Assembly: GCA_052387955.1 (NCBI GenBank)
Contig: JBQTIQ010000064.1
Location: forward strand, 6,219 to 70,218
Source: Acidimicrobiia bacterium
GTDB lineage: Bacteria; Actinomycetota; Acidimicrobiia; Acidimicrobiales; JACDCH01
Length of the DNA stretch: 64,000 nt
Direction of reading: 5' to 3'
Both the position numbers and the translations under genes were made by a program. Shown here piece by piece: positions 24,385 to 34,067 of the stretch; the first letter of the stretch is position 1; each line of letters begins with the position of its first letter. The notes under the pieces were generated by a model. The model was not told where the DNA came from, did not search any database, and saw only the letters and a program-made list of their open reading frames with translations.

Positions 24385-24610
24385 AGCCCTCACCGGCGGC
24401 CCGGAGTGGCCGGACCTCGGCTCGCGACGCCAATCGGCGGACCTGACGGACCTCGTCGGTGCGAAAGCTGGCGACCCGGGTGCTCCAGGCGTCCACCACC
24501 TCCCGTCCGTCCCCATGACGGAAGAAGGTGGTCATGCGGCCCTCCTGTTGGTAGGCGTCGGCGTCGTCGATCAGAGCCCGGGTCTGGTCGAGAAGGATGA
24601 CCTCGTACAT
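24374..24610 (-). CDS. small hypothetical protein
   Basis: ORF 24374..24655 trimmed to MYEVILLDQTRALIDDADAYQQEGRMTTFF... It has coding-like composition, but I recognise no family. Confidence 0.4.
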   Translation of the reverse strand: MYEVILLDQTRALIDDADAYQQEGRMTTFFRHGDGREVVDAWSTRVASFRTDEVRQVRRLASRAEVRPLRAAGEGCAC

Positions 24611-24726
24611 GTGCCCAGTGTGAAGGGCGCGCCCTGTGGCTCGGAAGAGGCGCAACGGTGTCGATTTCCTGTGGAGGGTGCGGCTTGCAGGGCCGGTCTT
24701 CGCCGACGACTACGGCCGGACGATGT

Positions 24727-25203
24727 TCAGTCCGACGCCCGTTCGTTGATGGAGACGGACTGCATCACGTCGCCCACCTTTACCTGCTGGGCGATGTCGA
24801 TGCCCTCGATGACGTAGCCGAACAGGTTGTAGGACTTGGCCAGCTTGGGCCGGCAGTCGTCGATACAGATGAAGAACTGGGAGCCGTTGGTGTCGGGGCC
24901 GGCATTGGCCATGGCCACGGCGCCGAGGGTGTAGTCACCCCGGACCGGCTCGTCGTCGAACCGGTAGCCCGGCCCACCCCGCCCGGTGCCCTCGGGGTCA
25001 CCGGCCTGGATCACGAAGTCGGGCACCACCCGGTGGAACGTGAGGCCGTCGTAGAAGCCCCGCCGGGCAAGGCCGACGAAGTTGTTGACGGTCTTGGGTG
25101 CCAGCTGCGGATCGAGCTCCATCACGATCTCGCCCCGGGCGGTCGCGATGGTCACCTGGTAGATCGTGCTCAGGTCGATCTCGGTACCGGGAGGCTTGGC
25201 CAT
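24727..25203 (-). CDS. cyclophilin-type peptidyl-prolyl cis-trans isomerase
   Basis: ORF 24727..25719 trimmed to ATG 25203 (MAKPPGT). Motifs are FHRVVPDFVIQAGDP and GSQFFI. Confidence 0.93.
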   Translation of the reverse strand: MAKPPGTEIDLSTIYQVTIATARGEIVMELDPQLAPKTVNNFVGLARRGFYDGLTFHRVVPDFVIQAGDPEGTGRGGPGYRFDDEPVRGDYTLGAVAMANAGPDTNGSQFFICIDDCRPKLAKSYNLFGYVIEGIDIAQQVKVGDVMQSVSINERASD

Positions 25204-25219
25204 CCGCCCACCGTAACTG

Positions 25220-25380
25220 TGCTGGCTGCGTTCCCCGGCCACGCATGCCGCGCTTGGCCGCGCCTGCGCTGGCGCTCCGGCGCTCGCAGCTGTGCCGGCG
25301 GCGTCGGGCTGTGCTGGTCGCGTTCCCCGGCCACGCAGGCCGCGTCTGGCCGCGCCTGCGCTGGCGCTTCGGCGCTCGCA
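25220..25380 (+). repeat. REP-like elements, copies d1 and d2 (head-to-tail pair)
   Basis: Copy d1 spans 25220-25288 and copy d2 spans 25312-25380. They lie in the divergent region between the cyclophilin and glycosylase genes. Confidence 0.9.
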
Positions 25381-25467
25381 GCTTTGGTTCGGCGCGCCTT
25401 CGGGTTTGGTGCTCTGGCGGTCGTATCGGTGCCAGAGTTCGGCGGTGCGAACGCGGAGGGAGCAGCG

Positions 25468-26094
25468 GTGACGGCGGCCGACGTGAGGGCCGCGGCCGAC
25501 CAGCTGGCCGAACGAGACCCGGTGATGGCGCGGCTCGTGGCCGAGCACGGGCCGCCACGATTGGCCGGGCATCGGCGGGGACCGACGCGCTTCGAGCAGC
25601 TGGCCGAGGCCATCGTCTACCAGCAGCTGGCGGGACGGGCGGCGGCGGCCATCTGGTCCCGGGTGCGGGCGGTTGCCCCCGACGCCTTCGAACCTCCAGC
25701 GCTGCTGGCGGCCGGCCACGAGGCGCTGCGGGCGGCGGGATGCTCCAACGCCAAGGCGGTGGCGCTGTGTGACCTGGCAGCCAAGGTCGCCGGCGGCGAC
25801 GTCCGTCTCGAGCGGATCGGGCGCCTGGGGGACGACGACGTGGTGGCCGAGCTGACCAAGGTGAAGGGCATCGGCCGCTGGACGGCGGAGATGTTCCTGA
25901 TCTTCAGTCTCCGCCGGCTCGATGTGTGGCCCGTGGGCGATTTCGGGGTCCGGGCCGGGTACGCCAAGGCCTACGGGCTCGCGACGGCGCCGGCGCCGAC
26001 GGAGCTGATGTCGTTGGGGGAGAGGTTCCGCCCCTACCGCACCGTCGCCGCCTGGTACTGCTGGAGGGCGACCGAGTCGATGCCTCCGGAGTGA
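25468..26094 (+). CDS. HhH-GPD DNA glycosylase (AlkA-like 3-methyladenine glycosylase II)
   Basis: ORF 24658..26094 trimmed to GTG 25468, with GGAGGG 7 nt upstream. It has the HhH motif VKGIGRWTAEMFL and the catalytic Asp context WPVGD. Confidence 0.8.
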   Translation: MTAADVRAAADQLAERDPVMARLVAEHGPPRLAGHRRGPTRFEQLAEAIVYQQLAGRAAAAIWSRVRAVAPDAFEPPALLAAGHEALRAAGCSNAKAVALCDLAAKVAGGDVRLERIGRLGDDDVVAELTKVKGIGRWTAEMFLIFSLRRLDVWPVGDFGVRAGYAKAYGLATAPAPTELMSLGERFRPYRTVAAWYCWRATESMPPE

Positions 26095-26110
26095 ACTGTG
26101 ATGTAAGCAT

Positions 26111-26165
26111 TTCCGGGCCGCGCCGGCGCTCTCGTTCGCGCCTGCGCTGGCGGTCCGACCGGTGA
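26111..26165 (+). repeat. degenerate REP-like copy e
   Basis: The sequence ttccgggccgcgccggcgctctcgttcgcgcctgcgctggcggtccgaccggtga keeps the gcgcctgcgctggcg core. Its tail (gtccgaccggtga) resembles the 45.5/56.0 kb inverted repeats. Confidence 0.5.
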
Positions 26166-26484
26166 AGCTCAGCCAGTGGCCTCTGGCTTTGCGTCAGCCA
26201 CCACGCTTCATCCGCCGGCGATGCCGGCGACCCGCCCGCGCGAGGCCGCCGACATCAGATGATCGTGAATGCCTGGGCGGCAACCTCGACCATCGGTCCA
26301 CCCCTCTCAACCGCGTCGGTCGGCGAGACGTGGCGGAGAATGCAGCGGTGCGGGCAAAACGGGCCGAACGGCCTACCCCGCGGCCGGTCTCGGGCGCGGA
26401 TCGTGACCGGGTGAACGCGAAGCGGGCGCTCGAGTGCCCGAACCGCCTCGGCGAGCCACGCGCCACCAGTCCTGGCGTGAGCCC

Positions 26485-27141
26485 TTAGCGCCTTATGGCG
26501 AAGGTGAGGCCGTCGGCGATCGGGACGAGAACCGACAGGAGCCGCTCGTCGGCGGCGGCGTGGTCGTTGTAGCGCCGGATCGCCTCGGTGTCCTCGTCGG
26601 TGACGGAAGGATCGAGGACCTTGCCCGACCACAACACGTTGTCGACGAGGAGCAGGCCACCAGGCCGCAACCGGGGCACGACCTCCTCGTGGTAGTCGAT
26701 GTACTCGACCTTGAGGGCGTCGATGAATGCGAGGTCGAGGTAGGGCTCCGTAGGTAGCGCCCGCAGGGTCTCGAGGCCTGGCGCCAGCCGCAACTCGACC
26801 CGGTCGGCCACGCCGGCCTTGGCCCAGGCCGCCCGAGCGATCGAGGTCCACGCCTCGTTGACGTCGCAGCACAAGAGGCGGCCCCCTTCGGCCAGGCCGC
26901 GGGCGATGCAGAGGCTGGAGTAGCCGGTGAAGGTCCCGACCTCGAGGGCGTGGCGGGCTCCCACCAGCCGGGTGAGGATGGTCAGCAGCGCCCCCTGCTC
27001 GGGGGCTACCTGCATGATCGAGACGTCACCGAGGGCGGCCGTCTGGTCGATGAGCTCCTGTTGGACGTCGTCGATGACCGGCCCGTGGGCAAGCAGGTAC
27101 TCGTGCAGCTCGGGGCTGAGAAGGAAGGACTTCGGCGTCAC
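26485..27141 (-). CDS. class I SAM-dependent O-methyltransferase (caffeoyl-CoA OMT-like)
   Basis: It has the SAM motif LEVGTFTGYSS and the overall OMT family-3 layout at 218 aa. Confidence 0.88.
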   Translation of the reverse strand: MTPKSFLLSPELHEYLLAHGPVIDDVQQELIDQTAALGDVSIMQVAPEQGALLTILTRLVGARHALEVGTFTGYSSLCIARGLAEGGRLLCCDVNEAWTSIARAAWAKAGVADRVELRLAPGLETLRALPTEPYLDLAFIDALKVEYIDYHEEVVPRLRPGGLLLVDNVLWSGKVLDPSVTDEDTEAIRRYNDHAAADERLLSVLVPIADGLTFAIRR

Positions 27142-27203
27142 CCTGCGACCCTACCCGGGGGCCCGGGGGTGGCAGCGGGCGCCGGGGACCGGCGCCCGCC
27201 GGC

Positions 27204-28643
27204 TCACTCGACCAGCGCCGGGGGTGTCGCGGCCGCCGCCCGCATGGCGTCGAGGGGGGTCCCGTCAGGGGCGGTGACCGGCGGTGGGGGCGGCGGGATC
27301 GCGTACTGCCGGTAGGCCAGCGCGTGCTCGAGCACGGTGGCGGCGTACTCGTCGGAGTTGTTGTACCGGAGGAAGGCCCGGGTCAGGGCCTCGGGCGAAC
27401 CGAGAGGGCCGCTGTTGCACAGGTAGTAGCCCGCCCCCAAGGCGGCGTCGTACATGTTGTTGGGGTCCTCGGTCCCGTCGTCGTTCCCGTCGCGGCCCCA
27501 CGAGCTCCAGGTGGTGGGGATGAACTGCATCGGCCCTACTGCCCGGTCGTATTCGGCGTCGCCATCGAGGGCACCACCGTCGCTGTCGCCGATCAACGCC
27601 GTCTCCTGGGTCCCGTTCAACGCGATACCGATGATGTTGACCGAGGTGTCGCCGTTGGCCAGCAGCTCACTCCCGGCGAAGGTCCCGTGACGGCTCTCGA
27701 TCCGGCTGATCCCCGCCAGCACCCACCACTCGATCCCGCACTGGCTGCGCGCTTCGGCCAGGACCTTGGCGGCCTGCCAGAACGCGTCCATCGCCACCAG
27801 GGTGAAATCGGCGCCGCTGACTACCGACGTCGCCCTCACCCGTTGGAGCTCGTCGCCCCGTCGCAGCAGCTGACGGCGCAGGGAGGCTTCGTCGGCGGCG
27901 GCCTGGTCCCGGGCCGCGGTGACCACAGTCGTCCGTACCCGGACTCCCTCGCGCTGGCCGACGGCCTCGTTGAGGTCGGTCACGGCCCGTTGGAGCTTGT
28001 CGGCCGCGGCGTTGGTACGCCGCTCCTGGTCGATACGCACCGAGTCGAACAGCATCCGGTCGGCATTGAGATCGAGCATGGCGGAGAGGTCCTGGGCGCC
28101 GATCCGGCGGTCTTGATCGGCGTCGGTGCCCCGCACGTAGCTCGTCACCGCGATGGCCTGGAGGTTCTTTCGCAGGACCGCCAGCTCGACGGTGGCCTGC
28201 TTCTTGGCTGCCGTGCGCTGGACCATCGTCGCGGTCAGAGTGGCGTCGAGCGACGTCAGGAAGCTCAGCTCGTTCTCGGCCAGGACCAGGGCGGCGTGGG
28301 CGGCCACCAGCAGGTCGTTGGCCTCGAGGAACGCAGCCCGGGCCCGGCTGTAGGCCTCGCCGATGACCACGACACCGTCGAGGTCGGCCGACAGCGTGGC
28401 CCGGCCCGGGGCCGCCGGGGCCAACGGGCCGGAGCTGGTGGCGACTGCGGGCCGCACGCTGTCGGCGACGGCCGGGGACGGCCAGGCAACGACGGCCAGG
28501 ACGGTGGCGAGAACGCAACCGGCGGCACACCCGGCAATCGGGGCGCGACTCGGCCGCGTGAGCGGGGGAGCGGACGGTCTTGGCATCGTCGAGCACACGG
28601 TGGAGGTTGCCTTCGGCACACGCCGTGGCAGGCGGGGCGTCAT
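27204..28643 (-). CDS. secreted lytic transglycosylase with a coiled-coil N-terminal region
   Basis: It has a signal/TM segment, a long Ala/Leu/Arg/Glu-rich helical region and a C-terminal transglycosylase domain (ISRIESRHG, GPMQFIPTTW, YYLC). The start could instead be the internal MPRPSAPP. Confidence 0.8.
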   Translation of the reverse strand: MTPRLPRRVPKATSTVCSTMPRPSAPPLTRPSRAPIAGCAAGCVLATVLAVVAWPSPAVADSVRPAVATSSGPLAPAAPGRATLSADLDGVVVIGEAYSRARAAFLEANDLLVAAHAALVLAENELSFLTSLDATLTATMVQRTAAKKQATVELAVLRKNLQAIAVTSYVRGTDADQDRRIGAQDLSAMLDLNADRMLFDSVRIDQERRTNAAADKLQRAVTDLNEAVGQREGVRVRTTVVTAARDQAAADEASLRRQLLRRGDELQRVRATSVVSGADFTLVAMDAFWQAAKVLAEARSQCGIEWWVLAGISRIESRHGTFAGSELLANGDTSVNIIGIALNGTQETALIGDSDGGALDGDAEYDRAVGPMQFIPTTWSSWGRDGNDDGTEDPNNMYDAALGAGYYLCNSGPLGSPEALTRAFLRYNNSDEYAATVLEHALAYRQYAIPPPPPPVTAPDGTPLDAMRAAAATPPALVE

Positions 28644-28740
28644 TCTGTCCCACCTGCCGCCGGGATGCGAGGACCGCCGGTCCCGGCCACCCCGGCTGGA
28701 GCCCGTGGAGCGCGGATGAGCGGCGCCCGGCGAAGCGGCT

Positions 28741-29904
28741 TCAGCGGGGCCGGGCCCAGGACCAGGGGTAGCTGTCGTCGGCCACCTGGGCCGCGGCCGG
28801 CCCGAGCTGAAGCGGCCGGAAGGTGTCGATCATCACGGCCGTCTCCGCGGTGCCGGGCTGGCCCAGTGCGGCCTCGACGCTGCCGGGCTGGGGACCGTGC
28901 ACGAACCCGGCTGGGTGCAGGGAGATCGAACCCGGCCCGATCCCGGAACCCTTCCGGGACATGAAGTCGCCGCCGACGTAGAACAGCATCTCGTCGGAGT
29001 CGACGTTGGCGTGGTGGTAGGGGACCGGCACCGCGTCGGGGTGGAAGTCGAACGGCCGGGGCACGAACGAGCAGACGACGAAGTTCGGGCCTTCGAAGGT
29101 CTGGTGGACCGGAGGCGGCTGGTGCAGCCGGCCCACGATCGGTTCGAAGTCGGCGATGTTGAACGCATAGGGGTAGAGGCAGCCGTCCCATCCGACCACG
29201 TCGAAGGGATGCCGAGCATAGGTGTAGCGGGTGAGCCCGCCGCGATGGCGTGCGAGCACCGTCACATCCGTACCGTCCGCCAGTAAGGGTCCGTCGGGGG
29301 CCCGCAGGTCGCGCTCGCAGTAGGGGGCGCCCTCCCGGAACTGCCCCTCCGGGGTCAGGTAGCGGCCGGGCGGACGTACGTGGCCCCGGGCTTCGGCCAC
29401 CAGGGCCCGCAGTGGCCCGGCACCCGTTGGCACCCAGCGGTGTGTGGTCGACGCCGGGACCACGACGTAGTCACCGGCGCCGGCGTCGAGGGCGCCGAAG
29501 GAGGTCTCGAGCACACCCGTGCCCTCCTCGATGTAGGCCAGCTCGTCGCCGACCACGTTGCGGTACAGCTCGCTCGCTCCGAGCGCGGCGGCATAGCTGA
29601 CGAGGACGTCGTCGTTGCCGAACAGCAAGCGCCGCCCGGTCACCAGGTCGCCGCCCGGTTCGAGGTCTCGTGCCCGGAGGTGGCGGGGCAACAGGGGCCG
29701 ATTGGGGACCAGCTGGAGCTCCCCTTCCCCGACCGTTTCGGCACCGACCACCGCGCTCGGGGAGTGTCGGTGGTAGAGCAGGGCGGACTCGGCCGCGAAG
29801 CCGTGCTCGCCCATCAGCTCCTCGGCATGCAGCCCGCCTCCGGCCCGGGGGAACCGGGTGTGCCGCTTGCGGGGCACATCCCCCATCGACCGGTAGTAGG
29901 GCAT
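28741..29904 (-). CDS. hmgA: homogentisate 1,2-dioxygenase (short actinobacterial type)
   Basis: The N-terminus is MPYYRSMGDVPRKRHTRF. It has cupin core motifs (PVPYHHANVDSDE, SLHPAGFVHGP). Confidence 0.8.
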   Translation of the reverse strand: MPYYRSMGDVPRKRHTRFPRAGGGLHAEELMGEHGFAAESALLYHRHSPSAVVGAETVGEGELQLVPNRPLLPRHLRARDLEPGGDLVTGRRLLFGNDDVLVSYAAALGASELYRNVVGDELAYIEEGTGVLETSFGALDAGAGDYVVVPASTTHRWVPTGAGPLRALVAEARGHVRPPGRYLTPEGQFREGAPYCERDLRAPDGPLLADGTDVTVLARHRGGLTRYTYARHPFDVVGWDGCLYPYAFNIADFEPIVGRLHQPPPVHQTFEGPNFVVCSFVPRPFDFHPDAVPVPYHHANVDSDEMLFYVGGDFMSRKGSGIGPGSISLHPAGFVHGPQPGSVEAALGQPGTAETAVMIDTFRPLQLGPAAAQVADDSYPWSWARPR

Positions 29905-30012
29905 CGGGCACCCCCGTCTGGCAGCAGCTTGCGTTGCGTTCCTAGCAGGGTGAGGCGACGGCGCGTCGGCGGGCGGCCGGTGCCGGCTCCCGGCCAGCCG
30001 GGCGCCAGGGGC

Positions 30013-30516
30013 TCAACCGGTGCTCTTGGTCGTCCGCTTCGCCGGGGCCTTGGAGGGCGCGGCCTTCGTCGCGGCCGACTTGGCGGCCGACTTGGTGGGC
30101 GTCGCCTTCGTCGCCGCCGCCCGCGTGGCCGGTGCCTTCGTAGCGGTCGCGGGGACGGTCGACCGGGCCGGGGCCGCCTTGGTGGCGCCGACCTTGGCCG
30201 CCGGGGTGTAGACGCCCCGGGCCAGCTTCGGTGCCTGGCTCGGGGTCATGACCGAGTCCTTGAACGCCTTGAGTGGGGTGATACGGGCCTTCTTGGAGGC
30301 CTTGATCTTGACCGGCTGCCCGGTCTGGGGGTTGCGCCCCATACGGGCGGCCCGCTCCACCTTGGCGAACTTGGCGAACCCGGTGATCGCCACCGGCTCA
30401 CCCTTGGCGACCACCGCGGTGATCACATCGGTGAGACCTCGCAGGGCTGCGTCCACCTCCTTGGCCGCAATCCCGGTGTGCGCGGCGACGGTGTTGACGA
30501 GCTCGCGACGGTTCAT
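30013..30516 (-). CDS. hupB: HU/histone-like DNA-binding protein with an Ala/Lys/Pro-rich C-terminal tail
   Basis: ORF trimmed to ATG 30516 (MNRRELV), with AGGAGG 8 nt upstream. It has the HU fold (GFAKFAKVERAARMGRNPQTGQPVKI) followed by AKxA/TKAA repeats. Confidence 0.92.
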   Translation of the reverse strand: MNRRELVNTVAAHTGIAAKEVDAALRGLTDVITAVVAKGEPVAITGFAKFAKVERAARMGRNPQTGQPVKIKASKKARITPLKAFKDSVMTPSQAPKLARGVYTPAAKVGATKAAPARSTVPATATKAPATRAAATKATPTKSAAKSAATKAAPSKAPAKRTTKSTG

Positions 30517-30687
30517 CGTGGATACCTCCTGTAGAGACCCTTGCCGCCGCAGTCTGGTGCACACCCGTCAGCGGGACGCGGATGGTCCTCTGGGACAAGG
30601 GTTTTCCACCCCAGCCAGGATGGCAGCCCTTGCGGCACATGACGTTTCGAGGGTCGGGTCGGCGGCGAAACGGGCAGACTGGCATCC

Positions 30688-31998
30688 GTGGGCAAGCTGT
30701 CCTTCGCCTTGGGGTGCCTGGCGGTGCTGACGACCCTCAACGGCCTACGCCCCAACCGCAGCCTGCTCTTCGCCCTGCCCTTGTTCGTCAGCGCCTGGCT
30801 GACGATCGAACTGGCCCCGTTCTGGCTCCTCGTCCACGCCGCGGTGGGGGCGGCGCTCATCGCCAACGGGGCTCTCGACGATACGTGGGGAAAGCTCGGC
30901 CTGCTCCTCGGTGTGGCCAGCGCGGCCGGGCTCACGAGGATCATCGCCCGGTCCCGGCGCACGCTCCTGATCCTTCGGGACGCGACCGCCGACCTCGACA
31001 TCGACGACGCCGCCCCCGCCTTTCCCCGTAGCCACGTCATCTTCCCGTTCCTGCTGTCGCACCGGCGGGGGATCCGTCGCCATCGGAACCTGACCTTCGC
31101 ACGTGCCGGCGGGACGCCCTTGCGCCTCGACGTCACCTATCCGGCTGGCGACGCGGCCGGTCAGCGACGGCCCGGCCTCCTGCAGGTGCACGGCGGGGCG
31201 TGGGTGATGGGCGGCAAGCGCATCCAGGGCCAGCCGCTGGTGAACCACATGGCGGCCAACGGGTGGGTGGTGCTCAACGCCAACTACCGACTGAGCCCCC
31301 GGGTGGCGTTCCCCGAGCACCTCGTCGACCTCAAGCGGGCCGTGGCCTGGTACCGCCAGCACGCTGCCGAGTACGGCGCCGATCCCGACTTCCTGTGCGT
31401 CACCGGTGGTTCGGCCGGCGGGCATCTGGCCGCACTGGTGGGCCTGACCGGCAACGACCCGGCGTTGCAGCCCGGCTTCGAGGGCACCGACACCGGCGTC
31501 GCCGCCGCCGTGCCCTTCTACGGCGTGTACGACTTCACCAACCGCTTCCAGACGTGGCGACCGGCGCTGCTGCGCTACTTCATCGAACCGGTCGTGATGC
31601 AGGCGAAGCTTGCCGAAGCGCCCGAGGCCTTCGCCGCCGCGTCACCGCTCGACCGCTGCCGGGCCGACGCGCCGGCGTTCTTCGTCATCCACGGCGACCG
31701 CGACACGCTGGCCCCGGTGGCCGACGCCCGCAAGTTCGTCGAGCGGCTGCGGGAGCAGTCCGAGGCACCCGTGCTCTACGCCGAGATGCAAGGCGCACAG
31801 CATGCGTTCGACGTCTTCCCGTCCTACCGGACGGCACGCGTCATCGAGGCCGTAGAGAGGTTCCTCAGCACCGTTCACCGCGGCCACGTCGCCGGCCTCG
31901 GTCCGGCCGAGATCCCCGAGGCCGTCCTCGAGGAGGCGGTCCAGGAGGGCGGGCAGGAGGAGCTTCGGCCACCGCCCGAGACCTCACCCTCGCGGTAG
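30688..31998 (+). CDS. membrane-anchored alpha/beta hydrolase (esterase/lipase, Abhydrolase_3-like)
   Basis: It has N-terminal TM spans, the oxyanion motif HGGAW and the nucleophile elbow GGSAGGH. Confidence 0.8.
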   Translation: MGKLSFALGCLAVLTTLNGLRPNRSLLFALPLFVSAWLTIELAPFWLLVHAAVGAALIANGALDDTWGKLGLLLGVASAAGLTRIIARSRRTLLILRDATADLDIDDAAPAFPRSHVIFPFLLSHRRGIRRHRNLTFARAGGTPLRLDVTYPAGDAAGQRRPGLLQVHGGAWVMGGKRIQGQPLVNHMAANGWVVLNANYRLSPRVAFPEHLVDLKRAVAWYRQHAAEYGADPDFLCVTGGSAGGHLAALVGLTGNDPALQPGFEGTDTGVAAAVPFYGVYDFTNRFQTWRPALLRYFIEPVVMQAKLAEAPEAFAAASPLDRCRADAPAFFVIHGDRDTLAPVADARKFVERLREQSEAPVLYAEMQGAQHAFDVFPSYRTARVIEAVERFLSTVHRGHVAGLGPAEIPEAVLEEAVQEGGQEELRPPPETSPSR

Positions 31999-32037
31999 CT
32001 TGTCGGGGTCACCAACACCCTGGGTTCGCCATCATCG

Positions 32038-32463
32038 ATGAACGACGACGAGGTCCCGATACCGGTCCTGTGGCCGTGGGTCATCGCCGCCGGGGCTGTG
32101 CTGACCAGTGGCCTGCTCGGCCGGGCCCTGCTGTGGACCGGCGAGGACACCGGTAACGGGTTCCTCAACGCCGGCCCGGGCGTGGGCCGCATCATCCTCG
32201 TGATCCTCACCGGCTCGGTCCTGACCCCGTTGGCCCTGTCGCAGACCGCCAGCGGCCGGTGGCGCCAAGGGTTGGTCTGCATCAGCATCGAGGCCCTCGT
32301 GCTCGGTACGGTGGCGGCCAAGACGTGGTTCGGGAACGCATGTGTGTCACCGGGCGACAAGTGCCTGGTGTCCAAGGGCTCCGGCTACCTGATGCTGTTG
32401 CTGTGCCTGGCTCCGCTGGTGCTCGGGGCCCTGTACTCGCGAACAGTCGCGGGCGACGCCTGA
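32038..32463 (+). CDS. small integral membrane protein, hypothetical
   Basis: The 141-aa protein has about 4 hydrophobic spans. Confidence 0.5.
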   Translation: MNDDEVPIPVLWPWVIAAGAVLTSGLLGRALLWTGEDTGNGFLNAGPGVGRIILVILTGSVLTPLALSQTASGRWRQGLVCISIEALVLGTVAAKTWFGNACVSPGDKCLVSKGSGYLMLLLCLAPLVLGALYSRTVAGDA

Positions 32464-32492
32464 AAGAAGAGCCCCCGGCCCGACCGCCCCTG

Positions 32493-33146
32493 GTGCTGCG
32501 CTCGTGGGCCGGTGGGCTGCTCCCCGGGGCGAGGGCCCGCCGGGCCCAGGTAGTGGCCTTCGCCGCGGCATGGGAGCAGGCCAACGCCATCGCGCTGAAC
32601 GGCAACGGGCCGTGCTGGGTGGTGCTGGGCGACTCGACCGCCCAGGCCATCGGCGCCACAGGCATCGAGCGCGGCTACGTGGGGCAGGTGGCAGAGGCCC
32701 TCGAACGCCACCACGGCCATCCGTGGCGGGTGGTCAACCTGTCGCGCACCGGGGCGAGAGCGGCCGACGTCGTGGCCGAACAGCTGCCCCGCCTGGCCCG
32801 GCTCGGCGTCGCCGACCTGGTGTCGTGCGCGGTGGGCAGCAACGACCTGTTGCGCCGCGACGTCACCGCGCTCGAAGCCCTGGGCACGATCGCCGCCGCG
32901 CTCCCGGCCGGGTCCCTGCTGGCCAACCTGACCCGAGGCGTACGCGAACGCGCCGCCGGCCCCCTCAACGCCGCCGTCGAGCGCCTCGTCGTGGCACACC
33001 GGCTCCGCCTGGTCGACCTGTGGTCGAACACCGGGCCACCGTGGCGGGACAAGTTCTCGGCCGACTGGTTCCACCCCAACGACCGGGGCTACGCCGACTG
33101 GGCCACGTCGTTCTGCCGGGCGCTCGGGATCGACCGGTCGCTTTGA
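32493..33146 (+). CDS. SGNH/GDSL hydrolase
   Basis: ORF 32259..33146 trimmed to the first start after the upstream stop (GTG 32493; approximate). It has block I VVLGDSTA and block V DWFHPN. Confidence 0.72.
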   Translation: MLRSWAGGLLPGARARRAQVVAFAAAWEQANAIALNGNGPCWVVLGDSTAQAIGATGIERGYVGQVAEALERHHGHPWRVVNLSRTGARAADVVAEQLPRLARLGVADLVSCAVGSNDLLRRDVTALEALGTIAAALPAGSLLANLTRGVRERAAGPLNAAVERLVVAHRLRLVDLWSNTGPPWRDKFSADWFHPNDRGYADWATSFCRALGIDRSL

Positions 33147-33970
33147 GGCGGGCCGCCGGCCCGCCGGCCCATGTAGGCGATCAGGGCCACCGACAGGGCC
33201 AGCCCGATGCCCAGGGTGCCCACGTAGAGGGTGAACCAGGGCCCGGTGCGGAAGTCCTCGTGCGCTCGCACCGCCCCCACCAGGTTGACGGCGAAGACCA
33301 GCGCCACCGTCTCCTGGCCGAGGCGCAAGCTGCTCCAACGATCGTCGACCATGAACCACGCCCATGTCATGGCGGCGAAGGCGACGAACGCGCTCGCCGC
33401 CCGTGCGCTCAGCGGCGGCAGCAGCCACGGCCACAGCTCGCCCGCCCTCCGAGGGGCCAGGAACATCGCCACCGCCACCGTCAAGGTCGCGGCGCCGCCG
33501 GCGCCGATCGCCAGGCGAAGGGGGCGCGGCACCCGGAGCTCGCCCCCGACCACCGCGCCGCCGGGGTCTGTCCGCCGGTTCCTGGCCCACAGCCAGGGCA
33601 GCAGCACCGGTGTCGTGGCGTAGAGGCCGAGCCACCACCAGAACGCGACGTGGTCATGGTTGAACCGGTCCCAGTGCAGCACCGTGGCGGCGAGCAGGAC
33701 CGCGGTGAAGACGGCGACGGCGATGAACACCGAACCCGCCCGGTGCCACCGTCCCGACAACGCCACCCGGGTGAAGAAATACGCCCCTGACAGGTACCCG
33801 GCCCCCATGAAGAGGGCAGTGGGAGCAGGGGCGATCGTCCACGCCCACAGCTCACGGGTCTGCCCCGGGAACCCGAACAGCACGACGACGGCCGTGACCA
33901 GGACGGGCACGATGGCCCACACAGCCCATCGGGTAGGCGCCAGCAGCCGGTCGTCCCGGATCGATTCCAC
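33089..33970 (-). CDS. polytopic membrane protein, hypothetical
   Basis: The 293-aa protein has multiple Trp-rich TM spans. Its 3' end overlaps the convergent SGNH gene by 58 nt. Confidence 0.6.
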   Translation of the reverse strand: MESIRDDRLLAPTRWAVWAIVPVLVTAVVVLFGFPGQTRELWAWTIAPAPTALFMGAGYLSGAYFFTRVALSGRWHRAGSVFIAVAVFTAVLLAATVLHWDRFNHDHVAFWWWLGLYATTPVLLPWLWARNRRTDPGGAVVGGELRVPRPLRLAIGAGGAATLTVAVAMFLAPRRAGELWPWLLPPLSARAASAFVAFAAMTWAWFMVDDRWSSLRLGQETVALVFAVNLVGAVRAHEDFRTGPWFTLYVGTLGIGLALSVALIAYMGRRAGGPPQSDRSIPSARQNDVAQSA

Positions 33971-34067
33971 GGACAGCCATTGTCGCCGCCGGCCCGCCGC
34001 CGTGCCCGAGGGATGGCACCGGTGTCGAGTGGGGCGCGAGCGACAGCCGCCCCGGGCTCGGGCTGGG

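Noticed and set aside
28644-28740. A cyclic-di-AMP (ydaO-type) riboswitch upstream of the lytic transglycosylase, as is often found before actinobacterial cell-wall hydrolases.
   Set aside because: The ~100-nt leader lacks the conserved ydaO sequence blocks as far as I can recall them. It is also too short for the two-fold pseudo-symmetric fold.
33089-33146. The 58-nt overlap of the 3' ends of the convergent SGNH and membrane-protein genes, considered as a possible antisense regulatory arrangement.
   Set aside because: The last ~19 residues of the membrane protein are polar and non-conserved-looking, and probably reflect nothing more than a late stop codon. I see no other supporting signal.
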